NCBI GenBank assembly: GCA_041392665.1
Contig: JAWKLQ010000031.1
Span: forward strand, 18 to 64,017
Source of the DNA: Saprospiraceae bacterium
GTDB taxonomy: Bacteria; Bacteroidota; Bacteroidia; Chitinophagales; Saprospiraceae
Reading direction: 5' to 3'
Length of the DNA stretch: 64,000 nucleotides
Shown: in pieces, positions 37,584 to 48,574 of the stretch
Layout of the letters: every line of letters starts with the position of its first letter
Numbering within the stretch: position 1 is the stretch's first letter
Notes under the pieces: generated by a model
What the model was told of the DNA's origin: nothing
The model's input: the letters and a program-made list of their open reading frames with translations, nothing else
Databases searched by the model: none
Translations under genes and position numbers: made by a program

Positions 37584-40500
37584 ATGGAAAACAACACCCT
37601 ACACGACATAATCAAAAAGCGCATATTGGTACTCGATGGAGCCATGGGAACCATGATCCAGCAATACCGCCCGACGGAGGCGGATTACCGGGGAGAACGA
37701 TTCAGGGACTGGTCCGTCGATGTGAAGGGCAATAATGACCTGCTTTGCCTGACCCAGCCGAAAATGATCGAGGCTATCCATCGGGAATACCTTATGGCCG
37801 GTGCGGATATTGTGGAGACCAATACTTTCAACGCCAACGCCATGTCCCTGGCCGATTATGAAATGGCGGAGCTCGTATATGAGATCAATAAAGCCGCCGC
37901 AGAGATCGCCCGGCAGGCAGCGGATGATTATCAGTCGCAAGACAAACCCCGCTTTGTGGCCGGTTCAATGGGGCCTACCAATCGTTTGCTATCGCTGTCA
38001 CCGGATGTCAATGATCCCGGAAAAAGGGCCGTGACTTTTGAGCAGATGAGTAAGACTTACTATGATCAGGCTGCAGGGCTGATGGATGGTGGTGCCGACC
38101 TGCTCATGGTGGAGACCATCACCGATACGCTGAATGCCAAAGCTGCGATCTTTGCCATTCAGACCCTTTTCGAAGACAAAGGACGAGAGATACCCGTCAT
38201 CATCTCCGGAACGATCACCGACGCCAGCGGTCGTACCTTATCGGGGCAGACAGTGGAAGCGTTCTGGGTGTCGATACAACATGCCAATGCTTTTAGTGTG
38301 GGACTGAACTGTGCATTGGGAGCAGAGGAAATGCGCCCGTATTTGCAGGACCTTTCTCGGGTAGCGAATGCCTATGTACATGCTTATCCGAACGCCGGCC
38401 TGCCCAATGAATTTGGTGAATACGATCAAAGTGCTGAAGAAATGCGGGAGTACATCCGGGATTTTGCCGGAAGCGGCTTTGTCAATATCATAGGTGGCTG
38501 TTGCGGCACCACTCCTAAACATATCCGTTTGATGGCCGAAGCGGTGGACGGCCTGCCGCCTAGAGCGCTGCCTCACATAGAGCAAATGACCCGGTTGGCC
38601 GGTTTGGAACCGCTTGAGATCCGTCCGGAGTCCAATTTTGTGAATGTGGGAGAGCGGACCAACGTAACCGGATCCCGGAAGTTTGCACGCCTGATCCGGG
38701 AAAAAGATTATGCAGAAGCCCTGAGTGTAGCCCGCCAGCAGGTAGAAGGCGGAGCCCAGATCATCGATGTCAATATGGATGAGGGCCTGTTGGATTCCAA
38801 ACAGGCGATGATCGATTTTTTGAATCTGGTGATGGCCGAACCGGACATTGCCAGGCTACCCATCATGATCGATTCTTCCAAATGGGAAGTGATCGAGGCC
38901 GGCCTGCGGGTAATTCAGGGTAAGAGTGTGGTCAATTCCATTTCGCTGAAGGAGGGAGAAGCCGAATTCATTCGTCAGGCGAAGCTGGTTCGCCGCTATG
39001 GAGCGGCAGCCATTGTGATGGCCTTTGATGAATCCGGTCAGGCAGATACAACCGAACGCAAAGTGGAGATCTGTTCCCGGGCATATCGTATTTTGACGGA
39101 ACAGCTTGGTTTCGCTCCGGAAGATATCATCTTCGATCCCAACATATTTGCGGTGGCTACCGGTATCGAGGAGCATAATGAATATGCGATGAATTTTATC
39201 GAGGCCACCCGGCGGATCAAAGCCAATTGTCCGGGAGCCAAGATCAGTGGCGGGGTCAGTAATATCTCATTTTCTTTCCGGGGGAACAATGCGGTACGTG
39301 AGGCCATGCACTCGGCTTTCCTTTATCATGCTATCCGGGCCGGGATGGATATGGGGATCGTCAATGCAGGCATGATGGAAGTATACGAAGAGGTGCCCAA
39401 GGATCTGCTGGAAAGGGTGGAAGACGTATTGTTCAACCGCCGCGATGACGCCACTGAGCGTTTGACTGAATTTGCGGAAAACATAAAAGACAACGGCGGC
39501 CGTCAGCTCAAAAAAGATGAAGCCTGGCGACAGGATCCGGTAGAAAAACGTTTGGAGCATGCCCTGATCCGGGGTATAACCGATTATATCGAATCGGATA
39601 CGGAGGAAGCTCGTCAAAAGTACCCGACCCCACTACAGGTGATCGAAGGTCCGCTCATGGACGGCATGAATGTGGTGGGTGATCTTTTCGGTTCAGGTAA
39701 GATGTTCCTGCCTCAGGTGGTGAAAAGTGCCCGGGTGATGAAGCGTTCGGTGGCCTACCTTACGCCCTATATCGAAGAGATGAAAGCTGCCGGCGGTGAT
39801 ACCAGGGGAAAAGGCAAGATCCTGCTGGCTACGGTAAAGGGCGATGTGCACGATATTGGTAAAAACATCGTCGGAGTCGTTTTGGGCTGCAATAATTTCG
39901 AGATCATTGACATGGGCGTGATGGTGCCGGCCGAAAAGATCCTGAAAGCAGCTAAAGAACAGGAGGTGGATATCATCGGCCTTAGTGGTCTGATCACGCC
40001 AAGCCTTGACGAAATGGTGCACGTGGCCGAAGAAATGGAGCGCCAGGGATTTACGATCCCGCTGCTCATAGGAGGAGCTACTACTTCACGCACTCACACG
40101 GCCGTTAAGATCGAACCTAAATACTCCGGACCGGTAGTGCACGTGCTGGATGCTTCCCGGAGTGTAGCGGTGGCTTCGACTTTATTGGGAGAAGATGAAA
40201 ATTTCCGAAGCAATTATATTTTGGATAACAAAAATGAGTTGGCCCAGATCCGGGAACAACGTGCCGGAAGAGCTTCCGCCAAATCATATCTGAGTCTGGA
40301 TGAGGCCCGGGCGAATAAGCATCAATTGGACTGGCAGGGCTACGAACCACCCCGGCCGCTTCAACCCGGTATACATGTTTTCGAGAATTATGACCTGGAA
40401 GAACTGTCCAATTATATCGACTGGACTCCCTTCTTTTCCAGCTGGCAGATGCGCGGTAAATACCCGGCCATTCTTGAAGATGAGCAATTAGGGACGGAAG

Positions 40501-41264
40501 CTCGCAAACTTTTCAATGATGCCCAGTCCATGCTGTGCCGGATCATCGATGAAGGCTGGCTGACCGCCCGCGCGGTGATCGGGATCTTTCCCGCCAATAG
40601 CAACGACCAGGACAGCATTGAAGTATATGCCAATGACTCTCCCCGTGACGAGGTCGTGACCATATTGCATCATCTGCGACAGCAGGTCAAAAAAGCGCCG
40701 GGCCGGTTTAATCATGCCTTAAGCGACTATGTTGCACCAAAAGAGAGTGGTAAGTCGGACTATATCGGTGCTTTTGCCGTTACTGCCGGCATCGGTATTG
40801 AAAAATGGGTAGCCAAATTTGAAGCAGATCATGATGACTATCACGCCATCTTGCTCAAGGCGCTGGCTGATCGACTTGCAGAAGCTTTTGCGGAAAGGCT
40901 CCATCAGCGGGTACGCACCGAATTCTGGGGCTATGCCGCCGCGGAAAGCCTGGAGAATGAAGAATTGATCGCCGAACAATATCGCGGTATCCGACCGGCA
41001 CCAGGCTATCCGGCCTGCCCGGAGCATACCGAAAAGCGAACGCTCTGGCAATTGCTGGATGTAGAAAACAATACCGGCATGCAATTGACGGAAAGCTGCG
41101 CCATGTATCCGGCCGCTTCCGTGAGCGGATGGTATTTCAGTCATCCCGAAAGCAAGTATTTTGCTGTAAAAGGCATCCGGGATGATCAGGTGGCCGACTA
41201 TGCCCGCCGGAAGGAGATGCGTTTGGAAGAGGCAGATCGGTGGCTGGCTTCGATTAAGGAATAA
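37584..41264 (+). CDS. metH: Cobalamin-dependent methionine synthase
   Basis: 1226 aa; [41 protein letters not shown] (DxHxxG) and [10 protein letters not shown]. Confidence 0.99.
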   Translation: MENNTLHDIIKKRILVLDGAMGTMIQQYRPTEADYRGERFRDWSVDVKGNNDLLCLTQPKMIEAIHREYLMAGADIVETNTFNANAMSLADYEMAELVYEINKAAAEIARQAADDYQSQDKPRFVAGSMGPTNRLLSLSPDVNDPGKRAVTFEQMSKTYYDQAAGLMDGGADLLMVETITDTLNAKAAIFAIQTLFEDKGREIPVIISGTITDASGRTLSGQTVEAFWVSIQHANAFSVGLNCALGAEEMRPYLQDLSRVANAYVHAYPNAGLPNEFGEYDQSAEEMREYIRDFAGSGFVNIIGGCCGTTPKHIRLMAEAVDGLPPRALPHIEQMTRLAGLEPLEIRPESNFVNVGERTNVTGSRKFARLIREKDYAEALSVARQQVEGGAQIIDVNMDEGLLDSKQAMIDFLNLVMAEPDIARLPIMIDSSKWEVIEAGLRVIQGKSVVNSISLKEGEAEFIRQAKLVRRYGAAAIVMAFDESGQADTTERKVEICSRAYRILTEQLGFAPEDIIFDPNIFAVATGIEEHNEYAMNFIEATRRIKANCPGAKISGGVSNISFSFRGNNAVREAMHSAFLYHAIRAGMDMGIVNAGMMEVYEEVPKDLLERVEDVLFNRRDDATERLTEFAENIKDNGGRQLKKDEAWRQDPVEKRLEHALIRGITDYIESDTEEARQKYPTPLQVIEGPLMDGMNVVGDLFGSGKMFLPQVVKSARVMKRSVAYLTPYIEEMKAAGGDTRGKGKILLATVKGDVHDIGKNIVGVVLGCNNFEIIDMGVMVPAEKILKAAKEQEVDIIGLSGLITPSLDEMVHVAEEMERQGFTIPLLIGGATTSRTHTAVKIEPKYSGPVVHVLDASRSVAVASTLLGEDENFRSNYILDNKNELAQIREQRAGRASAKSYLSLDEARANKHQLDWQGYEPPRPLQPGIHVFENYDLEELSNYIDWTPFFSSWQMRGKYPAILEDEQLGTEARKLFNDAQSMLCRIIDEGWLTARAVIGIFPANSNDQDSIEVYANDSPRDEVVTILHHLRQQVKKAPGRFNHALSDYVAPKESGKSDYIGAFAVTAGIGIEKWVAKFEADHDDYHAILLKALADRLAEAFAERLHQRVRTEFWGYAAAESLENEELIAEQYRGIRPAPGYPACPEHTEKRTLWQLLDVENNTGMQLTESCAMYPAASVSGWYFSHPESKYFAVKGIRDDQVADYARRKEMRLEEADRWLASIKE

Positions 41265-41428
41265 GGACGGACGCTACGCTGACGGGTTGCTTTAGTAATA
41301 CATCGCAAGCACTCATCTGTTCTCCGTCAGGGACACACCGCAGGTGGCTCGTCCGTCAGACGCGCTGAAAACCGCGTCGTCCGTTAGCGAAGCGGCCGTC
41401 AGTCCCGGGCGAAGCCGGAGACGTTCGT
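41265..41428 (+). repeat. CCGTCAG mosaic repeat, copy A
   Basis: CTGACGG at 41279, then CCGTCAG at 41324, 41353 and 41396 and CCGTTAG at 41381; 41314-41428 aligns with 42487-42596. Confidence 0.8.
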
Positions 41429-41505
41429 ATATTTAAACTTACCTTCACATCCAATTTACTTAGGCTTCCGAATTTTGCGTCAAAAGCTGTTCGGTAAAAC
41501 TGCCT

Positions 41506-42390
41506 ATGAAAAAAGAACTGGATATTGTAGTGCTTTCCGATGTACACCTGGGTACTTATGGTTGTCACGCCAAAGAACTACTTGAATACCTGAAAAGCAT
41601 CAAAGTCGATATGATGATCCTCAATGGTGATTTTATCGATATGTGGCAATTTCGGAAACGCTATTTTCCAAAGGAGCATCTTCAGGTGATCCAACGCATC
41701 CTGAAAATGGCGGCCAAAGGAACTAAAGTATATTACATTACCGGCAATCATGATGATTTGCTCCGGCGCTACACCGATTTTTCCTCCGGGAATATTCACC
41801 TCAGAGATAAGCTGATCCTGCATCTCAACCAGGAAAAATACTGGATCTTTCACGGTGATGTTTTTGATTTTAGTGTTCAGTATTCTCCATTTATCGCCAA
41901 ACTTGGGGGGCAGGGCTACGATATGCTCATACGACTCAACCGACTGATCAACCGGGTGCGTGTGGCTTTAGGCATGTCCCGCATGTCATTTGCCAAAAAG
42001 GTGAAGAACGGGGTAAAGAAAGCGGTGAAATTCATTGCCGATTTCGAGCAGACAGCCATCCGCATGGCGCGGGAACAGGGATATGACTACGTGATCTGTG
42101 GCCATATCCACCGGCCGCAATTCCAGCGTATCGAAGAAAACGGGCATACCGTTACTTACCTGAATTCAGGTGACTGGGTGGAAAATCTGACGGCACTTGA
42201 ATATCAGGGCGGCAAGTGGAGCGTGTATGAGTACCACGAGGCAGATTACGCGATGGTCAGCCCCCGTCTTCAGGTAAGGTCAAAAAATGAGCAGTTGGAA
42301 GAGGAAGACCGTACCGACAAGCTCTCTCCGGAAGAGCTGCTGCAACATATTATGAGCCAGAGTGAAAAAATTACGTTGATGGGTGGATAA
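41506..42390 (+). CDS. Calcineurin-like metallophosphoesterase, UDP-2,3-diacylglucosamine diphosphatase (LpxH-like) family
   Basis: SDVHLG, NGDFID, GNHD, HGD and GHIH metal-binding motifs; NSGDWVE. Confidence 0.85.
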   Translation: MKKELDIVVLSDVHLGTYGCHAKELLEYLKSIKVDMMILNGDFIDMWQFRKRYFPKEHLQVIQRILKMAAKGTKVYYITGNHDDLLRRYTDFSSGNIHLRDKLILHLNQEKYWIFHGDVFDFSVQYSPFIAKLGGQGYDMLIRLNRLINRVRVALGMSRMSFAKKVKNGVKKAVKFIADFEQTAIRMAREQGYDYVICGHIHRPQFQRIEENGHTVTYLNSGDWVENLTALEYQGGKWSVYEYHEADYAMVSPRLQVRSKNEQLEEEDRTDKLSPEELLQHIMSQSEKITLMGG

Positions 42391-42596
42391 GAACGGCCGT
42401 TCGCGATGCTCCCTGACGAACGCTCCGATGCCTGCGGACGGAGCTGACGGTTTTGTCGTAGAAGAGCTGATGGTTCTTGCTACTACCATCTGTTCTCCGT
42501 CAGGGACACTGCAGGTGGCCCGTTCGTCAGACGCGCTGAAAGCCGCATCGTTCGCCAGCGTAGCGGCTGTCAGTGAGCCTAAAGGGAGAACGTCCG
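42391..42596 (+). repeat. CCGTCAG mosaic repeat, copy B
   Basis: CATCTGTTCTCCGTCAGGGACAC is identical to copy A, followed by GCAGGTGG..CGT..GTCAGACGCGCTGAAA; fills the gap between two convergent stop codons. Confidence 0.8.
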
Positions 42597-42598
42597 TT

Positions 42599-45004
42599 TT
42601 AAACCCTTACCCGGATCTGATCGCCCAATTCCAAAAAGGCCGCTTTCCAGTCTTCATCAATATTCTGCCAGTCCTCGGCCCGATATTTTTCCAACATGTA
42701 AAAATAGTGGTTCTGACTTTTCCAGTAATCGGCCGACAGTTCAAGCTCACCGATGGCCTTCAGGACCTGGATCAGTTGCTGTAGTTCTTTCAGATCTCCC
42801 GGGAAAAGATTGGAAATCGCCTGGTAAACCCTTTCATTAATGCGCAGGTGCAGGGCATCCTGATGAGTGAGCCTGACCTCCCATTTGCTGAATTCATCCA
42901 CCAATCGTTCGATCTCGAGCAGGTTGAAAGAGTCATTCCTGCTGAAGAAAGCCTGTAGATCGCGATTGAGCACGAATTCCAGGGCACTCATATAAGCATT
43001 GGGCAACGGCATTCCGGTATTGGCGATGCCCGTCATGAGCTGGTAATTATCATTGTAGATATCCCGGAAATCACTCTCCGCTTTGGTCAGACTCTGCCGG
43101 ATGATCTCATTGAGGATCTTTCGTTTTTCATCCCGGAACAGATGCCAGATGGAATAAGTATTGACGCCAAAATATTGTTGCATCAGGGCAAGCACCTCAC
43201 CGAGGTTTGGCCGGTTAAAGGCTTCGATGATCAATTTGCTGCTTTCATCGAATTCAGTAGCAGGCATATTGGTGGAAATGGCTCCAATGATGTTTTGTTG
43301 ACCGAGATGCAGGACGGCAAAGCTGAATTGTTTCTCTGAATGGGTTATACGGGAACGAACTGTGGTGTGGCCAGTCACCAGCGTTTGTACACCGGCGCGA
43401 TGGCGTTTCAGTACTCCGTTATCCGCTACGTAGTTGAACAGCTTGAGTTCTTCGGGGCGTTCTTCAAACAGAGAAGCGGCCGCAAAGTGCATCCCCACCC
43501 GCTCCAGATCGACCCGGGCCGGCATCACATTCTCCTGGTAGCTTACGGCACCGTTCTCGTATACATTACTTGGGGCAGCAGCGAGACGCTCCTGGAATTC
43601 GTCGTGGAAATTGATGCCGTGCACCTGATTCGCGTAATAGATGGCCCGGTTGGCATATTGCAGGATCTGATTGGTTTCAAGGCCCGATATTTCATCGAAA
43701 AACCAACCGCAACTGGTAAACATCAACATGGCCTGACGTTGCATCTCCATCAATCGCAGCAGCTGGCTCTTTTCTCCATTTTTCAGTTCCTCTTTGGCGT
43801 GGATCTTGATAAATGACGCAATGCTGGCCGGGTCTCTGGTAAATGTAACGGAGATATAGTCATTTCGCGCACTCCAGGGATCTTTGAGCAACTTGCCTGC
43901 TTCCATTTCGTAAATGGGAACGAGTTTGTCGCGCAACCAGTTTAGAGTTTTGCGCAGGGGATTTCTCCATTCCTGCGTCCAGCCGAAGTGTCCTCCGGAA
44001 TTACACCCGCAATTAGAACGCCAACGCTCTACTCCGTGCACACAACTCCAGCTGCTTTTTTCCCAGATCCGGGCTTCCCATTCGGGAGGGAACAGTTCCA
44101 GGTACTGACCGTAATTGGTTAATTCGACGTCTGCCCGGGCCATGATCTCATTCAGACAGGAGGCCAGCGCCATCTCTCCCCGGGCGTGATGGTGACCATA
44201 GCTTTCTCCGTCAGTTGCAATGTGCAGTAATTGCGGTACTTCATCGAAATTGAAAGAACCGGTCAGCCGGCGTGCAAACGCTTTCCCATCATCCAGTAGC
44301 CGTTCAAATGCTACCGCCTGTGAGACTTCTCCGTGATAGAAAAAAAGATCAATATGTTTTCCTGACGGCAGATTGCAACGGTATGGCCTTCTGGGATCAA
44401 TGGAATCGGGTGCCAGTTCGGTCCATTCGTTGCTGCCGATCTTGCGGATAGAACGGCCTTGTCGGGGAGCCAGAATGGTAAATTTGATATCATTTTCCGC
44501 CAGCACTTCCAGCGTTTCTGTATCGGCAGCGGTTTCCGCCAGCCACATTCCTTCCGGTTTGCGGCCAAAGCGGTATTCAAAGTCTTTGATCCCCCAAATG
44601 ACCTGCGTTTCCTTGTCCCGTCGATTGGCCAGCGGCATGATCACGTGACTGTGCACCTGCGCTAATGCCGATCCGTGGCCGCCAAAATGAGCCTGGCTCT
44701 GTTGGTCGGCGGCAATGATGGCGGAGTAGGTTTCCGGATCTTCCTTCTCCATCCAGCTCAATAGTGTGGGACCAAAGTTGTAACTGATATAAGCGTAGTT
44801 GTTCAGAATGTTGATGATACGAAGCTGGTCATCCAGAAGCCGGGCGGCAGTATTGGGCGCGTAACACTCAAAATTGATACGTTCGTTCCAGTCGTGAAAA
44901 GGGGCTGCGGAATCCTGTAGTTCTACAACTTCCAGCCAGGCATTTTCGCGGGGTGGCTGGTAGAAGTGTCCGTGTACACAGACATATTTATTAGCAAAAC
45001 TCAT
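42599..45004 (-). CDS. Glycoside hydrolase family 57 protein with DUF3536
   Basis: HGHFYQPPRE, NFGPTLL, GMWLAE, ATDGESYGHH, SWSCVHGVERW and MFTSCGWFFDE. Confidence 0.92.
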   Translation of the reverse strand: MSFANKYVCVHGHFYQPPRENAWLEVVELQDSAAPFHDWNERINFECYAPNTAARLLDDQLRIINILNNYAYISYNFGPTLLSWMEKEDPETYSAIIAADQQSQAHFGGHGSALAQVHSHVIMPLANRRDKETQVIWGIKDFEYRFGRKPEGMWLAETAADTETLEVLAENDIKFTILAPRQGRSIRKIGSNEWTELAPDSIDPRRPYRCNLPSGKHIDLFFYHGEVSQAVAFERLLDDGKAFARRLTGSFNFDEVPQLLHIATDGESYGHHHARGEMALASCLNEIMARADVELTNYGQYLELFPPEWEARIWEKSSWSCVHGVERWRSNCGCNSGGHFGWTQEWRNPLRKTLNWLRDKLVPIYEMEAGKLLKDPWSARNDYISVTFTRDPASIASFIKIHAKEELKNGEKSQLLRLMEMQRQAMLMFTSCGWFFDEISGLETNQILQYANRAIYYANQVHGINFHDEFQERLAAAPSNVYENGAVSYQENVMPARVDLERVGMHFAAASLFEERPEELKLFNYVADNGVLKRHRAGVQTLVTGHTTVRSRITHSEKQFSFAVLHLGQQNIIGAISTNMPATEFDESSKLIIEAFNRPNLGEVLALMQQYFGVNTYSIWHLFRDEKRKILNEIIRQSLTKAESDFRDIYNDNYQLMTGIANTGMPLPNAYMSALEFVLNRDLQAFFSRNDSFNLLEIERLVDEFSKWEVRLTHQDALHLRINERVYQAISNLFPGDLKELQQLIQVLKAIGELELSADYWKSQNHYFYMLEKYRAEDWQNIDEDWKAAFLELGDQIRVRV

Positions 45005-45214
45005 GCACTCAAATTGATGTGGCGAATTGGCGGTAAACCTAAATGAACATAGTCGTACCTCCCAGAAACTACAAGAGTTCAGGCCCGTGTTTGTTCAAGT
45101 GTTTACAACCTTCATTTTCAGCATTTCCCCGATAAAAACCAAGAGTTATTACCGGTGAAGTGCGCTAAATTAAACATTAGTGTAGGATAAACACTATCAT
45201 TTGAGAGAAGAATT

Positions 45215-45892
45215 TTACACATATTGCTGCGTGATGGCGTTCAACAAAAATTGATTGAATGGATAGGCGGTGTGCCAGTATTCCATCAGGTCATCTGATA
45301 GCATCTCCGAAAGGATCGATTGAGCCGGTAATTCGGTCAGGGTATAAAATTGTTTGTTGGCTAAAATGGGTAAACGATCGGATGCTTCGGCGAAAGGAGC
45401 AGGCAACCGCTTGTTGGTTTCCCCTTTTACATCGCCTAATTTTTCTCTAAAGGAAGGGGCAGTACTAATGGAGTGCCACCGATCCGGTTGTTGCAGGATC
45501 GCTTCCCGGATCAGGTTAAGCTGTGCCTTATCCGGACCATAACATCCGGTCATGATGCCCAGCATATCCGGAGACAACCGAATAAAGAAACCGGGGATAC
45601 TTTTGTCTTTGCGTCCGCCCCTGGAGATAAAAGCAGTTACATAGGTATTGTAAGGAGCTTTGTCCTGAGAAAAACGAATGTCCCGGTTTATGCGCAAAAT
45701 AGCATCTTTAGGGGTGATCAGAAGATCGGGATCATAAGGTCTGATCTTTTCGATCAATTCACCGACCAGGGTCTCGAAAGGTCGCTTAACGGCGTTTTCG
45801 TATCGTCTTTTATTTTTGTGGAACCAATCCTTATGATTGTTTTGCGACAGCTCCTCAAAAAAATGTAAAAAGTCGGTAGTGAATAGCGCCAT
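45215..45892 (-). CDS. DUF2461 (TIGR02453) family protein
   Basis: FFEELSQNNHKDWF, RINRDIRFSQDKAPY. ORF track starts at 45922. Confidence 0.9.
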   Translation of the reverse strand: MALFTTDFLHFFEELSQNNHKDWFHKNKRRYENAVKRPFETLVGELIEKIRPYDPDLLITPKDAILRINRDIRFSQDKAPYNTYVTAFISRGGRKDKSIPGFFIRLSPDMLGIMTGCYGPDKAQLNLIREAILQQPDRWHSISTAPSFREKLGDVKGETNKRLPAPFAEASDRLPILANKQFYTLTELPAQSILSEMLSDDLMEYWHTAYPFNQFLLNAITQQYV

Positions 45893-45930
45893 AATGTTGG
45901 ATGTTTGTTGATTGGGGATCAAGGTTCAAT

Positions 45931-45987
45931 TTGCTACCGATTGCCGGTTGGTCCGGGGTGAACCGTCCATCCGGCAACCGGTAACAA
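45931..45987. repeat. Long imperfect hairpin (REP-like or terminator)
   Basis: TTGCTACCGATTGCCGGTTGG...CCATCCGGCAACCGGTAACAA: 21-bp stem with 3 mismatches, between the VOC and DUF2461 genes. Confidence 0.55.
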
Positions 45988-46041
45988 CAATGAGCTCACA
46001 GTCGGTTGATTGACGTACAAATGAAATTTAGTGGAGTAGAT

Positions 46042-46407
46042 TTACCCCATGGAATGAAAGGCCACCCGGTTGCCTTCCGTATCCTTGAAAACAGCCATAA
46101 ACCCATTCTCTCCGATTGATGTTTTGGGCATGACTACTTCTCCTCCGGCATGGGAAACCCGGGCCAGTGGTACAGACAGATCATCCCCTCCATTCAGGTA
46201 AACCAGTGTACCAGCCTCTTGGGGCAGGTTGCCGTTGCCATGCGTAACACAACCACCTACACCTCCGTCTGCAGCCGGGAAGAAACCCATCCGAAAACCA
46301 TCCATATCTACGGTTTGCAGCTCGGCATCAAATACCTGTGCGTAAAAGTCTACAGCTCTTTTAAAATCTACACTTGGTAATTCAAACCAGTTGATCGCAT
46401 TTGCCAT
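46042..46407 (-). CDS. VOC/glyoxalase-family protein
   Basis: INWFELP.D..RA..FY..VF...GG.V..PKT.I...G..A.F.DTEGN.V. Confidence 0.93.
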   Translation of the reverse strand: MANAINWFELPSVDFKRAVDFYAQVFDAELQTVDMDGFRMGFFPAADGGVGGCVTHGNGNLPQEAGTLVYLNGGDDLSVPLARVSHAGGEVVMPKTSIGENGFMAVFKDTEGNRVAFHSMG

Positions 46408-46841
46408 TTCTGTAATTTTTGTTTTATTAAATTGATTACAAAACAAATATAGATTATAAGCTAATGCAGGATCGGATGAAATTTCTTGAAAAGTAAATTT
46501 CTGAAAGATAATTTTTTGTATAAATAATTGAATTTCAATTGATAAAATACAAGTTTAGGATGTTTTTCAGATCCAATATATCATTCCCTGAATTTTCAAA
46601 TTTTACACTTTTCAAAGTAAATACTGGAAGTTTCCAGTCGTAAGTCAAAGAGATGAATGCGAAAATGTAGACTGGTTGACTTATGACTTAGTCTATTTAT
46701 CCGAAAATTAGGAGCCAGATGTATGAAGATGTTAGTCGAATCCCTGCTAGGACTGACCGAAAAAGGTGGTAGCAACGTAGGAGAAACCGCACTTTGACGG
46801 CATTCATTTTATAACAGCTCCCAAGCTTAACTTATAAACAT

Positions 46842-48521
46842 ATGAAGCTGCAACGCATTTTTTCTGATATTCATAATAACGAACTATTTCTGGGCGAAAC
46901 GGTCACTTATCTGTTTCGGGAAATGAGCCGGGGTACTACTTTCGTCCTCAGCACGGCTGCCCGCAAACTGGCAGAAGACTTTCAAAATGAGCTCCGAAAA
47001 AATAATAAAGAGGAGGCGCTGAAAAAATCACTGGAGAGTCTTTCCGCCCAGCCGGTCCAACAATTCCGGATGGCACAGGAATGGTTACGCACTTATCTGC
47101 AGGAAAATGGAGATGATGCGTCGGTGGATTGTATCCCGGAAGCGGCCTGGTGGCTGATTGATGGTCGAACGGGAACTTTCCATGAAGTGGAAGCAGCCAC
47201 CCGGGTAACGCTGGATGGCTTTCGCGGAGATCATCCCCGACTCAAGGAAGGCAAATATCATTTGGATTACCCCCGGTTCATGCAACGATTCCGGGTTTAC
47301 GAAAAGGATACTGTTCCTCGTTTCCGTCATTTTCATCAGTTGAAGCGAAAATATGCCGACCGTTACCGTAAGGAGCTTCGAATTGAAGCTTTCCAGCCCC
47401 GGATCATGAGTGCATTTGTGCGCAACCAGCTGATCGATGAGGTATATCTGCCTATCATCGGCGATAATCTGGCCAAGCAGATCGGTACTGCCGGTGAAAA
47501 TACCCGGACTGACCGGATGGGACTGCTATTGCTACTGTCTCCTCCCGGTTATGGTAAGACGACTTTGATGGAATACATCGCCAACCGGCTGGGCCTGATC
47601 TTCATGAAAATCGACGGACCTACGCTTGGCCAGCGCGTTACTTCTCTCGATCCGGAGGATGCTCCCAACCGGACGGCCGGGCAGGAACTGGAAAAACTGA
47701 ATTTGGCCTTTGAGATGGGTGATAATGTGATGATCTATATCGATGACATTCAACACTGCCATTCAGAATTCCTGCAAAAGTTCATTGCGCTTTGCGACGG
47801 ACAAAGACGTATTGAGGGGGTATGGAAGGGAGAAGCAAAAACCTATCATTTCCGCGATAAGCGGGTGGCTGTAGTAATGGCGGGCAACCCCTATACAGAG
47901 AGTGGAGAGCGCTTTCGGATACCGGATATGCTGGCCAACCGGGCGGATATTTACAACCTCGGGGATATCATTGGCGGTCGGGAAGAGGCTTTTAAACTCA
48001 GTTATCTGGAAAATGCCCTTACTTCCAACCCTGTACTCTCCAGACTGGCGGGTAAAAGTATGCAGGATGTACATGCCCTGATCCGGCAGGCCGGTAAAAA
48101 GGAAGCGGAACCTATGGATCTGGAAGCTGCTCACAGCCCCGGAGAACTCAGGGAGTATTTGTCGGTATTGCAAAAACTGATCCGGATCCGCGACGTGATC
48201 CTGAAAATTAACCGGGCCTATATCCAGTCAGCGGCCATGGCTGAAGTGGACCGTACCGCACCACCTTTTAAATTGCAGGGGTCTTACCGCAATATGAATA
48301 AGCTGGCGGAAAAAGTAGTGCCTATCATGCAAGCTCCGGAAATAAAGCAGCTCATCCTGGATCACTATGAGGGAGAATTGCAGACCCTGACTTCCGGCGC
48401 AGAAGCCAATCGTTTGCAACTCCATCAATTGATGGGAATACTTACGAAAGATGAGGAGAAGCGATGGAAGGAGATCTGCCTGAATTTTCGAGATCAGCAA
48501 TTTAGGTCGCTCATATCTTGA
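46842..48521 (+). CDS. AAA+ ATPase corresponding to the C-terminal part of the large 'DNA repair ATPase' family
   Basis: Walker A SPPGYGKTT, Walker B MIYIDDIQ, MAGNPYTESG, PDMLANRADIYNLG and PPFKLQGSYRNMNKLAEKV. Confidence 0.82.
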   Translation: MKLQRIFSDIHNNELFLGETVTYLFREMSRGTTFVLSTAARKLAEDFQNELRKNNKEEALKKSLESLSAQPVQQFRMAQEWLRTYLQENGDDASVDCIPEAAWWLIDGRTGTFHEVEAATRVTLDGFRGDHPRLKEGKYHLDYPRFMQRFRVYEKDTVPRFRHFHQLKRKYADRYRKELRIEAFQPRIMSAFVRNQLIDEVYLPIIGDNLAKQIGTAGENTRTDRMGLLLLLSPPGYGKTTLMEYIANRLGLIFMKIDGPTLGQRVTSLDPEDAPNRTAGQELEKLNLAFEMGDNVMIYIDDIQHCHSEFLQKFIALCDGQRRIEGVWKGEAKTYHFRDKRVAVVMAGNPYTESGERFRIPDMLANRADIYNLGDIIGGREEAFKLSYLENALTSNPVLSRLAGKSMQDVHALIRQAGKKEAEPMDLEAAHSPGELREYLSVLQKLIRIRDVILKINRAYIQSAAMAEVDRTAPPFKLQGSYRNMNKLAEKVVPIMQAPEIKQLILDHYEGELQTLTSGAEANRLQLHQLMGILTKDEEKRWKEICLNFRDQQFRSLIS

Positions 48522-48574
48522 TTATCTATGAGTAGGGCTTATTATCTTTAGCACATATCCAATTAATGCTAAAT

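Noticed and set aside
41265-42596. CCGTCAG units as a mini-CRISPR or integron attC array
   Set aside because: The repeat core is only 7-10 bp, spacers are shared between copies rather than unique, there are no cas or intI genes, and no RYYYAAC/GTTRRRY ends.
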